Virus record (IMG/VR): IMGVR_UViG_3300028536_000015
Coordinates: 1 to 64,000 of that record
Strand: one strand, 5' to 3'
Length of the DNA: 64,000 bases
Origin: a virus
The first letter of the stretch is position 1. Each line of letters opens with the position of its first letter. The position numbers and the translations under genes were made by a program. The notes below the pieces were generated by a model. The model was not told the DNA's origin and did no database searches. It saw only the letters and a program-made list of their open reading frames with translations. This document shows positions 1 through 8,224 of this stretch, piece by piece.

Positions 1-205
1 CCTGCAACAGAGGCAGCGCCTGAAGATCAACGGTCCATAGATTAGGCTGCTGATCAGACATGCGTGCCAGAAGAAGGTTGGCCTCCATCCTGGCGTCCAT
101 CAGATGCGTCTGCTCGATCTCGGTGCGTCTCACGCCAATCCTGGCAAAGGCATTCAGAACAACCTCGCCGAGAGAGGGTGAAAAGAGGTACGACCCTGAG
201 GTCAC
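1..205 (-). CDS. Conserved phage virion protein, probable head-tail adaptor (runs off the window edge)
   Basis: Own translation from GTG at 205: VTSGSYLFSPSLGEVVLNAFARIGVRRTEIEQTHLMDARMEANLLLARMSDQQPNLWTVD; not in the ORF track. Confidence 0.6.
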   Translation of the reverse strand, partial: MTSGSYLFSPSLGEVVLNAFARIGVRRTEIEQTHLMDARMEANLLLARMSDQQPNLWTVDLQALPLLQ

Positions 206-213
206 CTGTGGGC

Positions 214-495
214 TCATGGAGTGATAATCCTTAAATCGCCGTTAGCTGCTGCTGAGGTGGTTCCAATTGACGTGATGGCCCAGGTGGCAGTCCCAAGATC
301 AGAAACGCTCGATAGCCATGTCGCCGTGAAGAAAGAGTTCTGCTGGGTCATCGTGATGGCTGTCGAGACGCTGGTAAGCCCTACAGGATAGACGATCGTG
401 AGAGTTCCGCTGGCGGGAACCGTTATGTTGCCATTGGCATCAAGGAATTCAGCTACAAACTGTGCTGTGTTGCCTGATTTGACGTTGGTGGTCAT
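214..495 (-). CDS. Small beta-rich virion protein
   Basis: 93 aa, Thr/Ser-rich, abuts neighbours in the structural operon. Confidence 0.6.
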   Translation of the reverse strand: MTTNVKSGNTAQFVAEFLDANGNITVPASGTLTIVYPVGLTSVSTAITMTQQNSFFTATWLSSVSDLGTATWAITSIGTTSAAANGDLRIITP

Positions 496-1223
496 TATGA
501 TCCCTGGACTATGATGGCAACTCTTGCTCCAGCGACAGACACGGGCGTCCCCGTCGCTGGGATAGCCTGCGGTTCGTTGATCGAGACTATAGCAGCCCTG
601 GCCATATTCTCAACAATGCCAACGTTACCCAGATGCCGGGGGTCATTCTCGATAATATCGACATAAGCGCTGACGGGAATGTTGAACTGATACAGAACCC
701 CCAGGAAGAAGTCCCTCCGCTCCGTGGCCCGCAACTGGGCTGAATAATTAATCGGAACAAACTCAGCTCGCGCCAGGATCGATTGGAGTTCCTTTTTTAA
801 GCCGCGCTTGAGCCTGATAGGCTCAGAAAGCCATGCAAACCAGTCAATAATAGTTGGGATTAGTGTGTTAACAAGGAACTGCTGGCGCGCCTCTAGAAGG
901 CGAGGCTTAAATCTCTTGGGTTCAGATAACGCGACAAACCAGTCGATCAGAATGGTCGGGAATAGCGTATCGACCAGGAACTGCTGACGCCCTTCAATCA
1001 GTCTAGGCTTAAACCGTTTTGGCTCCGATAGGCCTTCCATCCAGCTAAAAGAAACAAAGGGATGCTGGAAAGCCATGGTTTGCTGGTTACCAGTACGCAG
1101 ACCTGCCCGAAATCGCTTTGGCTCAGATAACGATACGAACCATTTATCAGCCGAGATGATCTCGGAGGTTTGGGTAACAACTTGCCCGATCGTAAACTGG
1201 CCGATGGTGCCAAGACCGAGCAT
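495..1223 (-). CDS. Hypothetical virion-module protein with four internal W-x3-LSEP repeats
   Basis: WFVSLSEPKRFR, WMEGLSEPKRFK, WFVALSEPKRFK, WFAWLSEPIRLK. Confidence 0.7.
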   Translation of the reverse strand: MLGLGTIGQFTIGQVVTQTSEIISADKWFVSLSEPKRFRAGLRTGNQQTMAFQHPFVSFSWMEGLSEPKRFKPRLIEGRQQFLVDTLFPTILIDWFVALSEPKRFKPRLLEARQQFLVNTLIPTIIDWFAWLSEPIRLKRGLKKELQSILARAEFVPINYSAQLRATERRDFFLGVLYQFNIPVSAYVDIIENDPRHLGNVGIVENMARAAIVSINEPQAIPATGTPVSVAGARVAIIVQGS

Positions 1224-1233
1224 GGATCATCCT

Positions 1234-1917
1234 TCAAACAGTATAATGCTCTTCGATCCAGATGCCGCCGGAACCGCCAAGGCCGCCAGCAAATCCGCCC
1301 GTTCCAGCGCCACCCGCCGTGCCGGCTGCGCCGATCGAGTAGGCATAGGATGTGGCGAGCGGCGCATTAATGATGGCATCCACAAATCCGCCAGCGCCAC
1401 CTCCTCCACCACTATTATCCGATGCTGTCGCAGCGGTTCCTGCACCACCGCCACCGCCACCACTATTCGCGATACCAGCGCCACCGACAGCATTAGCCGG
1501 GCCATTGTAACCAGCGCCGCCCAACGCAGAAGAACCTCCTGGAGCACCGATCGAAAATACCGCCCCCGATGTTACGCTGTTGCCGCCGCCTGATGCTCCG
1601 GTCAGCGTCAGTCCAATGGCTGGAGAAGCAATGGACCCCAAACCACCATCGATGCCCGGCGAACCGCCAATGACGGGACCACCCCCGCCGCCCTTGGCCA
1701 AAATAAGCGAAGTACCAAAAGTGGTATCACCGCCAGCACCACCAACAGTGCTTCCGGTCGTACCAGAACCACCGCCGCCCCCACCAGCTCCGACCGCGCG
1801 AACCCTGATCCATAGGCATCCAGGAGGAGGGAAATAGTTGCCGCTACCAGAAAGCCGCGAGGTAAACGTGATCTTGTGGCCCCTCTTGACGGCCCGCGAT
1901 CCTGGCATCCGAAACAT
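1234..1917 (-). CDS. Glycine-rich tail fibre/spike-type protein
   Basis: VRAVGAGGGGGG ... GGGGGAGG ... GGSGGIWIEE glycine-rich domain typical of phage tail proteins. Confidence 0.7.
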   Translation of the reverse strand: MFRMPGSRAVKRGHKITFTSRLSGSGNYFPPPGCLWIRVRAVGAGGGGGGSGTTGSTVGGAGGDTTFGTSLILAKGGGGGPVIGGSPGIDGGLGSIASPAIGLTLTGASGGGNSVTSGAVFSIGAPGGSSALGGAGYNGPANAVGGAGIANSGGGGGGAGTAATASDNSGGGGGAGGFVDAIINAPLATSYAYSIGAAGTAGGAGTGGFAGGLGGSGGIWIEEHYTV

Positions 1918-2333
1918 TAGAAGTCCGCCGCTGTTACGGTTACTGCCACAAAACCTCCAGTGGTTGGGATGCTGCTCGTAATGGTCACAGTGAGTGTCTG
2001 GGCGCTGGAGGCCAGAAACAAATATGGATTGCCATCACCATCAATAGCCTGAAATGAACCCATCAGGCTCCCTGGCGATGTCGTACCGTTGATGCCGGCG
2101 TTGGAGACAAGAGAAACCGCATTAAAGACAAAGTTGGTCGCCGCTGAGTTAATCGCACCCAAGAGGTTGATCGTCGAGGTCGAACTATTAACCGCCGAAA
2201 TCGCTGTAATCTTGGAACCGTTGGCGCCCCCGGTATAAGCAGTAACGAAGGTATTCGCCGCCGCTGTCGTCGTTAACTGTGTTACACCCACATTGGGTGT
2301 CTGAGGCAGTACCGGCGCGCTTTGAACGGCCAT
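1917..2333 (-). CDS. Ser/Thr-rich virion protein
   Basis: 138 aa, coupled to neighbours. Confidence 0.65.
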   Translation of the reverse strand: MAVQSAPVLPQTPNVGVTQLTTTAAANTFVTAYTGGANGSKITAISAVNSSTSTINLLGAINSAATNFVFNAVSLVSNAGINGTTSPGSLMGSFQAIDGDGNPYLFLASSAQTLTVTITSSIPTTGGFVAVTVTAADF

Positions 2334-2683
2334 TAGATGCCTCCATACATCGCGTGCTGATTAGTGTCGATCGCCCAGAGGTTCTGCGCAGATGGATCGC
2401 AGAAGACATTGCAGGATGATGAAAGCCCGGAAAGCACGATCGCCGCCCCTCCGTTCGTAGATGAGTATATTTTCTGTCTCGATAAAGTGGGTCCGGCAGA
2501 GTTGTATATTCCGGAACCCTTCTCACTGGCTGATCCATCGTTGATCGAATACTCGATACGATCGCCGTTGCTGGCTCCAGCCAGTGCAAAAGTCAGAAAT
2601 CCAGAAACCGCGCCGCCAAGCGTAGCTGTCCCAGTCCCAGCAGTTGTGCTGCCAACACGCACAAGATTGTAGACCTTGGACAT
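2333..2683 (-). CDS. Virion protein (tail-fibre N-terminal-like)
   Basis: STTAGTGTATLGGAVSGFLTF resembles a common phage fibre N-terminus. Confidence 0.65.
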   Translation of the reverse strand: MSKVYNLVRVGSTTAGTGTATLGGAVSGFLTFALAGASNGDRIEYSINDGSASEKGSGIYNSAGPTLSRQKIYSSTNGGAAIVLSGLSSSCNVFCDPSAQNLWAIDTNQHAMYGGI

Positions 2684-2686
2684 TAA

Positions 2687-2947
2687 TTACTCTCCGTAAG
2701 ATCGTCTGGCTTCATAGGAAGCTTCTTGGCGTATGAGTTTTTTCTCGAAGGGATCGCAGAACCCTAAATCTACACATTTGGGACATACCATCTTTCTGCA
2801 AAGATTACACATGCCACCGAGGTCATAAGGATCGCACATGGGCTTGATGATAACGATTTTATTACAATGAAAACAGGTGATGGTATCCGTCTCTTGACGG
2901 AGACCATCTACGTCAAACGAGAATAAATACCCTCCAGGATTTCTCAT
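2687..2947 (-). CDS. Cys-rich putative zinc-binding protein
   Basis: ATG at 2947 just after the upstream stop; CFHC, CNLC and CPKC motifs. Confidence 0.6.
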   Translation of the reverse strand: MRNPGGYLFSFDVDGLRQETDTITCFHCNKIVIIKPMCDPYDLGGMCNLCRKMVCPKCVDLGFCDPFEKKLIRQEASYEARRSYGE

Positions 2948-2954
2948 TGTTAGG

Positions 2955-3437
2955 TCATTGCTCTTCGTAGTGGATCGTTCCAGTTGCCGTGCCCGTATAA
3001 CCACCCGACCGCGTGCGAAGTTGGAACCCAGCCGAAGAGGTTGCGGGAGATACCAATTCGCCTCCAGGAGCAGCCACCCAACGATAAGAAGCGCGTTGGT
3101 TGACGCCGATATAGAAGACGTTCGAGTTCGCCGTGATGGTGCCGAACTGAGAACTGTTGACCGTCGTGGTCGTCAGCGACGCGGCGTCGGCTTGATCCAG
3201 CGGCTGGGGTGTCGCCGTGGTCGATGTCGAGGCCGTGGTAACCCGGCTGATGTCCCACTCGATAAAGTTATCCGCCGGGGTTCCATTCGTGCCAATCAGG
3301 ACATCATAGACCTTGATACGGCGCGCTGTTGCGCCGGTACCCGTAAGACCAAGCAGAGCGCCAACATAAGTGGTCGTCATGTTTTGCTGAGTACCAGCGC
3401 CGCTGGTGCTGCCGTTCGTTATGCTATAACGCGCCAT
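2955..3437 (-). CDS. Thr/Ser-rich virion protein
   Basis: 160 aa, start overlaps the upstream stop. Confidence 0.65.
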   Translation of the reverse strand: MARYSITNGSTSGAGTQQNMTTTYVGALLGLTGTGATARRIKVYDVLIGTNGTPADNFIEWDISRVTTASTSTTATPQPLDQADAASLTTTTVNSSQFGTITANSNVFYIGVNQRASYRWVAAPGGELVSPATSSAGFQLRTRSGGYTGTATGTIHYEEQ

Positions 3438-4306
3438 TATGTTTGCACTCCTGACCAGATTGCCTTGGTATAATCGAGGTCCTCGACCGCCCCCTCAAGA
3501 AAAGTAATACCATGGATGAGTTTGTCGCGCTCAGCTTTCATCGCCTCAATCCTGGTCTTAAGCTCCTGTTCTCTCACATGGAGCTTGCGACCAAATGGCG
3601 TCGAGTCTGAGTACCCGTAAAGGGGCGGCGGTTGCGCAAGATCGCTCTCAAAGGGAATGCTGACCTTGATGCCGCGCCGGGCAGCCTCTTGGATGAAAAA
3701 ATAACCCCCTGCCCGTTGCATAATATACTCGCCCTTCGATGCCATATCGATGCCGAACAGGGCGATCTCAGCCGCGCCATACTTGATCGCCATGGCAATC
3801 ATGTAGGCAAAACTGGACGTGAAGAAATACTTTCCGTGCTCGTTAACAAGATCGGCAATCGGAATGGTGATCGCATTCGGAACCAAAGACTGGTCCTGCA
3901 TATAGATCGGGAATTTCTGCTGCTTGAGCCATTCAATATAGGGCTTGCCATAAGAGATACATTCCGGCCAGAGAAGGTTGCTATGGACTTCAAACCAAGC
4001 GTCCACACGAGGAAGGGTGCCGTGAGCATTGCCAGGAGAGCAGGACCAGATCGTCCAAGTCGGATCATTAAACGGGGCTAGATCGCGGGAAGAAGGCGCC
4101 GTGCCGATCATGGCTACCTTAAGCGGGGGTTTGGGAGCTTCAGCCGGCGAAACTGGAACTTCAGGAAGTGGCGCTGGATTGGGCTTTCCTTGAATAGTCG
4201 TCTTTCTCAACAAAGCTTCAGAACCGTTCATTTTGACGGCTCCATGACTTCTTTTGCTCTTGAGCAAATCAGTGTTTCTGGGAGTTAGTTTTGTGTGGGT
4301 ATCCAA
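3437..4306 (-). CDS. Putative CMP-nonulosonate transferase (CstII/GT42-, GT29- or Maf/DUF115-like Rossmann fold)
   Basis: KVAMIGTAPSS and FTSSFAYMIAMAIKYGAAEIALFGIDM resemble the recalled CstII motifs IIAGNGPS and TSGVYMCAVAIALGYKEIYLSGIDF. Confidence 0.55.
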   Translation of the reverse strand: MDTHTKLTPRNTDLLKSKRSHGAVKMNGSEALLRKTTIQGKPNPAPLPEVPVSPAEAPKPPLKVAMIGTAPSSRDLAPFNDPTWTIWSCSPGNAHGTLPRVDAWFEVHSNLLWPECISYGKPYIEWLKQQKFPIYMQDQSLVPNAITIPIADLVNEHGKYFFTSSFAYMIAMAIKYGAAEIALFGIDMASKGEYIMQRAGGYFFIQEAARRGIKVSIPFESDLAQPPPLYGYSDSTPFGRKLHVREQELKTRIEAMKAERDKLIHGITFLEGAVEDLDYTKAIWSGVQT

Positions 4307-4309
4307 GTT

Positions 4310-4687
4310 CTAAACTCCGGTTATGGTGGCGAACGTAAGGGTTATGGCCTGTCCAGAGCTGACAAAAGGACTTGTCATGACGATATCAAAAGCTGTGGAC
4401 GGACCAACGGTTAGGCCAGACGCTACCACAAGACCCGTAGAATCCTCAATATCCGCTGTTACAATTTGTGTGCTTAAAAGGGTCAAAGGAGCAGCCAGCG
4501 GAAGCCCGGAAAATGTAAGAACCCCATTCGATACGGTGGCGCTGGGTTTCAATAATTTAATAACACCCACAGTTTGGATACCGATGCTTAGCAATCTCAT
4601 TTGGCCAAAGCTGGATCCAGCATCGATGTTGGAGATAACGACGTTCAGGCGTCCATTAATCGTTGTTGTATTATATGAGATGGACAC
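4310..4687 (-). CDS. Virion protein
   Basis: GTG at 4687 next to the upstream TAA; beta-rich composition. Confidence 0.6.
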   Translation of the reverse strand: MSISYNTTTINGRLNVVISNIDAGSSFGQMRLLSIGIQTVGVIKLLKPSATVSNGVLTFSGLPLAAPLTLLSTQIVTADIEDSTGLVVASGLTVGPSTAFDIVMTSPFVSSGQAITLTFATITGV

Positions 4688-4688
4688 A

Positions 4689-5048
4689 TTATTTCCCCAA
4701 CGGTCTTGGGTACCCTGACCCGTGCGGTACCGGCGAGAAATTGAGACTGGTCCGATTGCCGCCAGTAAGGACGGCCGCGAGCACAAAAGCCCCGTTCACG
4801 CGCCCAAGATCACGGTCCAGCTTCATCACGCAGAGGGCGTCGAGTGCTGCGTTTGCAATCGGCAATGAAATGATGATCCAAAACCCGGTCAATGAGCTGA
4901 TGCCGTTCACAAGAGCCTGCGGAGTCGAGACGCTGATACCGGGGAAGACTTGGCTGGTGTCCCATGTAGCACCGTTCCAAAACGTGCCTACCGTCGAATC
5001 TGCTTGCGCGGCTGCAGCGTTCGCGAAGATGCAGAAATAATCGATCAC
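4689..5048 (-). CDS. Hypothetical protein, possibly a fibre-associated chaperone
   Basis: 119 aa, overlaps the upstream stop. Confidence 0.55.
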   Translation of the reverse strand: MIDYFCIFANAAAAQADSTVGTFWNGATWDTSQVFPGISVSTPQALVNGISSLTGFWIIISLPIANAALDALCVMKLDRDLGRVNGAFVLAAVLTGGNRTSLNFSPVPHGSGYPRPLGK

Positions 5049-6043
5049 GCCGTGTTGGCCTTTAATGTCGCATCAGGAAGGCGGGTGTTCCATGCGGTAA
5101 GCCTACTTATTACTCCATCGAGAGGAAAAGAACCGGCACTTCCGCCGATTCCCGCAGGAATGGTTCCTGTGGATGCTGTCGCATCCGATACGAGCGTACC
5201 ATTGTTGAACACGAGACTGCGTCCAGATGCGTTCCACGAAAAACCGCATTTATTCAAATTTGCCAGAGTAACTGTACCGACTGCGGTAAGAGACGGGGTG
5301 AAAGACGTAACTTGATTTCCATTATAAAAGAGGCCGACTGAGCCGACGCTTGCGTACATGGCGCGAACGCCCCCAAACGATGTGACGCCACTCGTCTGAG
5401 CAATAATTGATCCAGAAGTTGTTAGGACAAACGCGCCGGATGTCGTGACGCTATCCGCCGCCCGTGTCGCCGTCGCACCAGCCGTCACGATGAATGACGT
5501 TCCGAATGCACCCGATTCAAGCTGGAACGCATTCAGCAAACCGGTGACCGTGGCCGTGACCGTTCCGGCGACCGTGACCGTGAATGTGTTGGGAGAACCG
5601 TTGGTCGCGGGTGCAGCGCCCGTGATCGTTGCGGTGCCGCCGGATGCCAGCACCGATCCCGAACCGTTGCACCACAACGTGTAGGTGCCGGTGCCGAGCG
5701 ATGCCGTGGTCTGCGTGGCCGGCGCGTTGCTGTTGAGCAGCAAATTCGTCCGCGCTTCGAAGATCAGCAGTCCGAACGTCGGTGAAATCGCGAGGATGTT
5801 GCTTGAAAAGGTATTGTAGGCGTAGCCCGAGGCCGACGATGGCAGTAGATCGGTCGCGTTCGAAGCGCGGGTGATTGAAAGCAGGCTCGTCAGCGTGCCG
5901 CCGAAATAGCGGCCGTTGGCGAAATCCAGATCGACGGTAGCTCCTGGTAAAACCCAACCAGGGACTGAACTCCCTGTTCCAGTCAAATACTCACTGATAC
6001 TGTCATCCAGGTTACTGGCGATATAATTAGGTAAAGTTGGCAT
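5045..6043 (-). CDS. Head/tail spike fibre protein with LamG-like C-terminus
   Basis: LDFANGRY, GLLIFEARTNLL and TSFIVTAGATATRAAD motifs. Confidence 0.65.
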   Translation of the reverse strand: MPTLPNYIASNLDDSISEYLTGTGSSVPGWVLPGATVDLDFANGRYFGGTLTSLLSITRASNATDLLPSSASGYAYNTFSSNILAISPTFGLLIFEARTNLLLNSNAPATQTTASLGTGTYTLWCNGSGSVLASGGTATITGAAPATNGSPNTFTVTVAGTVTATVTGLLNAFQLESGAFGTSFIVTAGATATRAADSVTTSGAFVLTTSGSIIAQTSGVTSFGGVRAMYASVGSVGLFYNGNQVTSFTPSLTAVGTVTLANLNKCGFSWNASGRSLVFNNGTLVSDATASTGTIPAGIGGSAGSFPLDGVISRLTAWNTRLPDATLKANTA

Positions 6044-6044
6044 A

Positions 6045-6389
6045 TCACCAGCCTTCTCCCTGAATGACCTTGAAAGTCAGGGTTCCGGCAGTGAAGGTCG
6101 TGCTTGATATTCTTAATGCCGCCAGAGGGTATACAGACCCAATAGAAACCCCAGCATCAAAATTAGCACTGGAATAGTGCGTCGCAGATGAACCCGCGCT
6201 AGACCCAAATGATAGCCATGTCGGAGAAGTAGATAGCTGCACATCATCTAGCGTGTATTGAACCGTAAAGTCAGCCGCTACCGCCGTGCTGACAATCACC
6301 GTAGCCGTAATAGGCTTCCCGCCTCTCCAGTTCAGGTTAACAATCGGAGAAGTTCCAGCAGAAGACAGCGTTACGGTGGTATACGGCAT
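6045..6389 (-). CDS. Small virion protein, paralog of 6863-7207
   Basis: Shared VQ(Y/F)TLDD, SPTW/SPTVSW and P-L-x-x-LR motifs. Confidence 0.65.
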   Translation of the reverse strand: MPYTTVTLSSAGTSPIVNLNWRGGKPITATVIVSTAVAADFTVQYTLDDVQLSTSPTWLSFGSSAGSSATHYSSANFDAGVSIGSVYPLAALRISSTTFTAGTLTFKVIQGEGW

Positions 6390-6637
6390 TAATGATGGAA
6401 CCCCTTAAGCGTGTGCGCCAATCCCGCCATCTTGCGAACCCTGGCGCTGCCGGAATGCGACGCCTGAGACATCTTCTTTGCCGGTATCTTCTCTCCCTCA
6501 GGGACATGCAACGCTCTGTGCAAGGCGCCTGGGTGCTTAATCGCTCCGGCAATCCAATGCGTGCCGCCCCCGGAGGCCTTCTCTACGCGTCCCCGTTCGT
6601 GCTCACGTGGCTCGGCGCGAAAGGGGATTTGGTGCAA
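6389..6637 (-). CDS. Basic peptide WIAGAIKHPGALH, possibly expressed by -1 frameshift from 6583-6849
   Basis: Recognisable phage motif; only a TTG start; C-CCT-TTC slippery site in the overlap. Confidence 0.55.
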   Translation of the reverse strand: MHQIPFRAEPREHERGRVEKASGGGTHWIAGAIKHPGALHRALHVPEGEKIPAKKMSQASHSGSARVRKMAGLAHTLKGFHH

Positions 6638-6849
6638 TCGGCACCACCGCCTCCTGCCTTGCCAATCCGACCGCCACGGGCGCGCTTATCAAGGCGACCA
6701 TGGCCCTTCTTGCCATGAACCTTGCCGCCGTCCTTCTTTTCTTCAGCTTCCGATACGATCTTGTTCGGGCCGTCACCAGAGTAGTTCTTGCCACCCTTGA
6801 TGCCGCCGCTGACCTTGCCGCCGCCGGCTTTCTTATGACGATTAGCCAT
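6583..6849 (-). CDS. Lys/Gly-rich basic protein with GG motifs
   Basis: AGGAGA RBS plus ATG; KAGGGK, KDGGK and ARGGR repeats. Confidence 0.65.
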   Translation of the reverse strand: MANRHKKAGGGKVSGGIKGGKNYSGDGPNKIVSEAEEKKDGGKVHGKKGHGRLDKRARGGRIGKAGGGGADCTKSPFAPSHVSTNGDA

Positions 6850-6862
6850 GGTCTATATCTCC

Positions 6863-7207
6863 TTAAGCAGTAACCGACTGAAGGGCTTTGAGAGTGATCG
6901 TGCCAGATACTGCCACAGTCGATCCGGCAAGAGATAGGCGCAGTCCACCGAGAGGAGAAAGTACGGTGTAGATAACGCCACCGCCCGTGTCCATGGTAGT
7001 CGAATTAAGAGCCGAACTCAGGTTCGCCCAAGATACTGTCGGAGACGGAGTAACCGTTGGGTCATCCAAGGTAAATTGCACGAACCCCTGCGATCCAACT
7101 GCGCCAGAACTTGCCGTGACCTGGATCGTGGTAGTCTTGAATACCGGGTTAAGGATGATCGCCCCAGAAAAACTGGAAGTGGCGAGAGTAGTTACTTGTG
7201 CGCCCAT
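6863..7207 (-). CDS. Small virion protein, paralog of 6045-6389
   Basis: 114 aa with AAGGA RBS. Confidence 0.65.
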   Translation of the reverse strand: MGAQVTTLATSSFSGAIILNPVFKTTTIQVTASSGAVGSQGFVQFTLDDPTVTPSPTVSWANLSSALNSTTMDTGGGVIYTVLSPLGGLRLSLAGSTVAVSGTITLKALQSVTA

Positions 7208-7218
7208 GATGTTTTCCT

Positions 7219-7356
7219 TTAACCGCCGGTCTCGATTTGCCAGTAGGTCTCGTTGGTATTCTCAATAGCAGCCGTAGACCCACGCTGCGTCATGGGATTT
7301 ATGGTTCCAGCGAAAGCACCCAGGGTAATCTGACCACTATTGAATACGCTGATCAT
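7219..7356 (-). CDS. Small hypothetical protein (45 aa)
   Basis: ATGA overlap with the HNH stop; MISVFNSGQITLGAFAGTINP...; fills the gap. Confidence 0.45.
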   Translation of the reverse strand: MISVFNSGQITLGAFAGTINPMTQRGSTAAIENTNETYWQIETGG

Positions 7357-8159
7357 TGGATGTCATCCCTAGTTCTAATGCCATATTTTTCAATGGCAGT
7401 TTTTCTAGCTTCTATCGCGTCTTCCAAGGCGGCGAAACAGCCAAGGTCTATAGACTTACCCTCTATCTCAAGACGGGCACGGTATTTGTTACCATGCTTA
7501 CAGATACCGGAATAGCCAGTTTTGTTGCGAGGATTTAACCCCTTATTGTGGTTGTTCTCGCTCTTGGTAGCAACAATCAGATTTTCCCATCGGTTATCAT
7601 TGCGGATACCATTCTTATGGTCAATATCGTTTTCAGGCCACTGATCCGTCATGTAGAGAGATGCAAGTGTGTGCTCTAGATACTTCTTATAGTCGATGCC
7701 GATCGATCGATATCCGCCACCATGAGCACCACCAGCCCGTTCTCCAGGTTTGGCAACTGAATTGTGGACCCTCCAGGTGAAGTGGCCTGTCAGCGGCTCG
7801 TAATGGAGCAATGCTCGTAGGCGCTCTGCTGTCATCTCCTGAGACTTGATCTCATCCTGAGACTTGTCATGAACCCGGATATTGCTAATCCGATTATTGA
7901 GCTTATCCCCATCGATGTACTTGATGCGAGCGCACGGCCAATCACCATGGATGTAAGCCCATGCCACCTGCCCTGCGATATAGTTCACTCCATCAATCAT
8001 CAGCAGCACATATCCTAACTCGCTTATACGGCCAGCCCCTTGCCGACCATATTTACCATCTCGCCTACCACCACGACTGAGCCGTCTCGTAAAAATCCCG
8101 GTCTCGGGATCGTAGTGGAATAGCTCCTTAATCCGGTCTTGTGTTGGTCTTTCCTTCAT
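7353..8159 (-). CDS. HNH homing endonuclease, tandem HNH units plus AP2-like domain
   Basis: Two HY(D/E)PxTG units; IDHKNGIRNDNRWENL; AP2-like C-terminus; ATG at 8159 after AGAGGGA. Confidence 0.85.
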   Translation of the reverse strand: MKERPTQDRIKELFHYDPETGIFTRRLSRGGRRDGKYGRQGAGRISELGYVLLMIDGVNYIAGQVAWAYIHGDWPCARIKYIDGDKLNNRISNIRVHDKSQDEIKSQEMTAERLRALLHYEPLTGHFTWRVHNSVAKPGERAGGAHGGGYRSIGIDYKKYLEHTLASLYMTDQWPENDIDHKNGIRNDNRWENLIVATKSENNHNKGLNPRNKTGYSGICKHGNKYRARLEIEGKSIDLGCFAALEDAIEARKTAIEKYGIRTRDDIQ

Positions 8160-8162
8160 TTC

Positions 8163-8217
8163 CCTCTCCACAGATTATCTATGAAGAGGTATTTAACTCC
8201 TAATGCATATATGTCAA
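8163..8217 (-). promoter_or_regulatory. Sigma70-like promoter and RBS-sequestering hairpin for the HNH gene
   Basis: TTGACA (8217-8212), N16, TAAATA; 12-bp hairpin at 8163-8189 covers GGAGAGG. Confidence 0.55.
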
Positions 8218-8224
8218 GTACACA

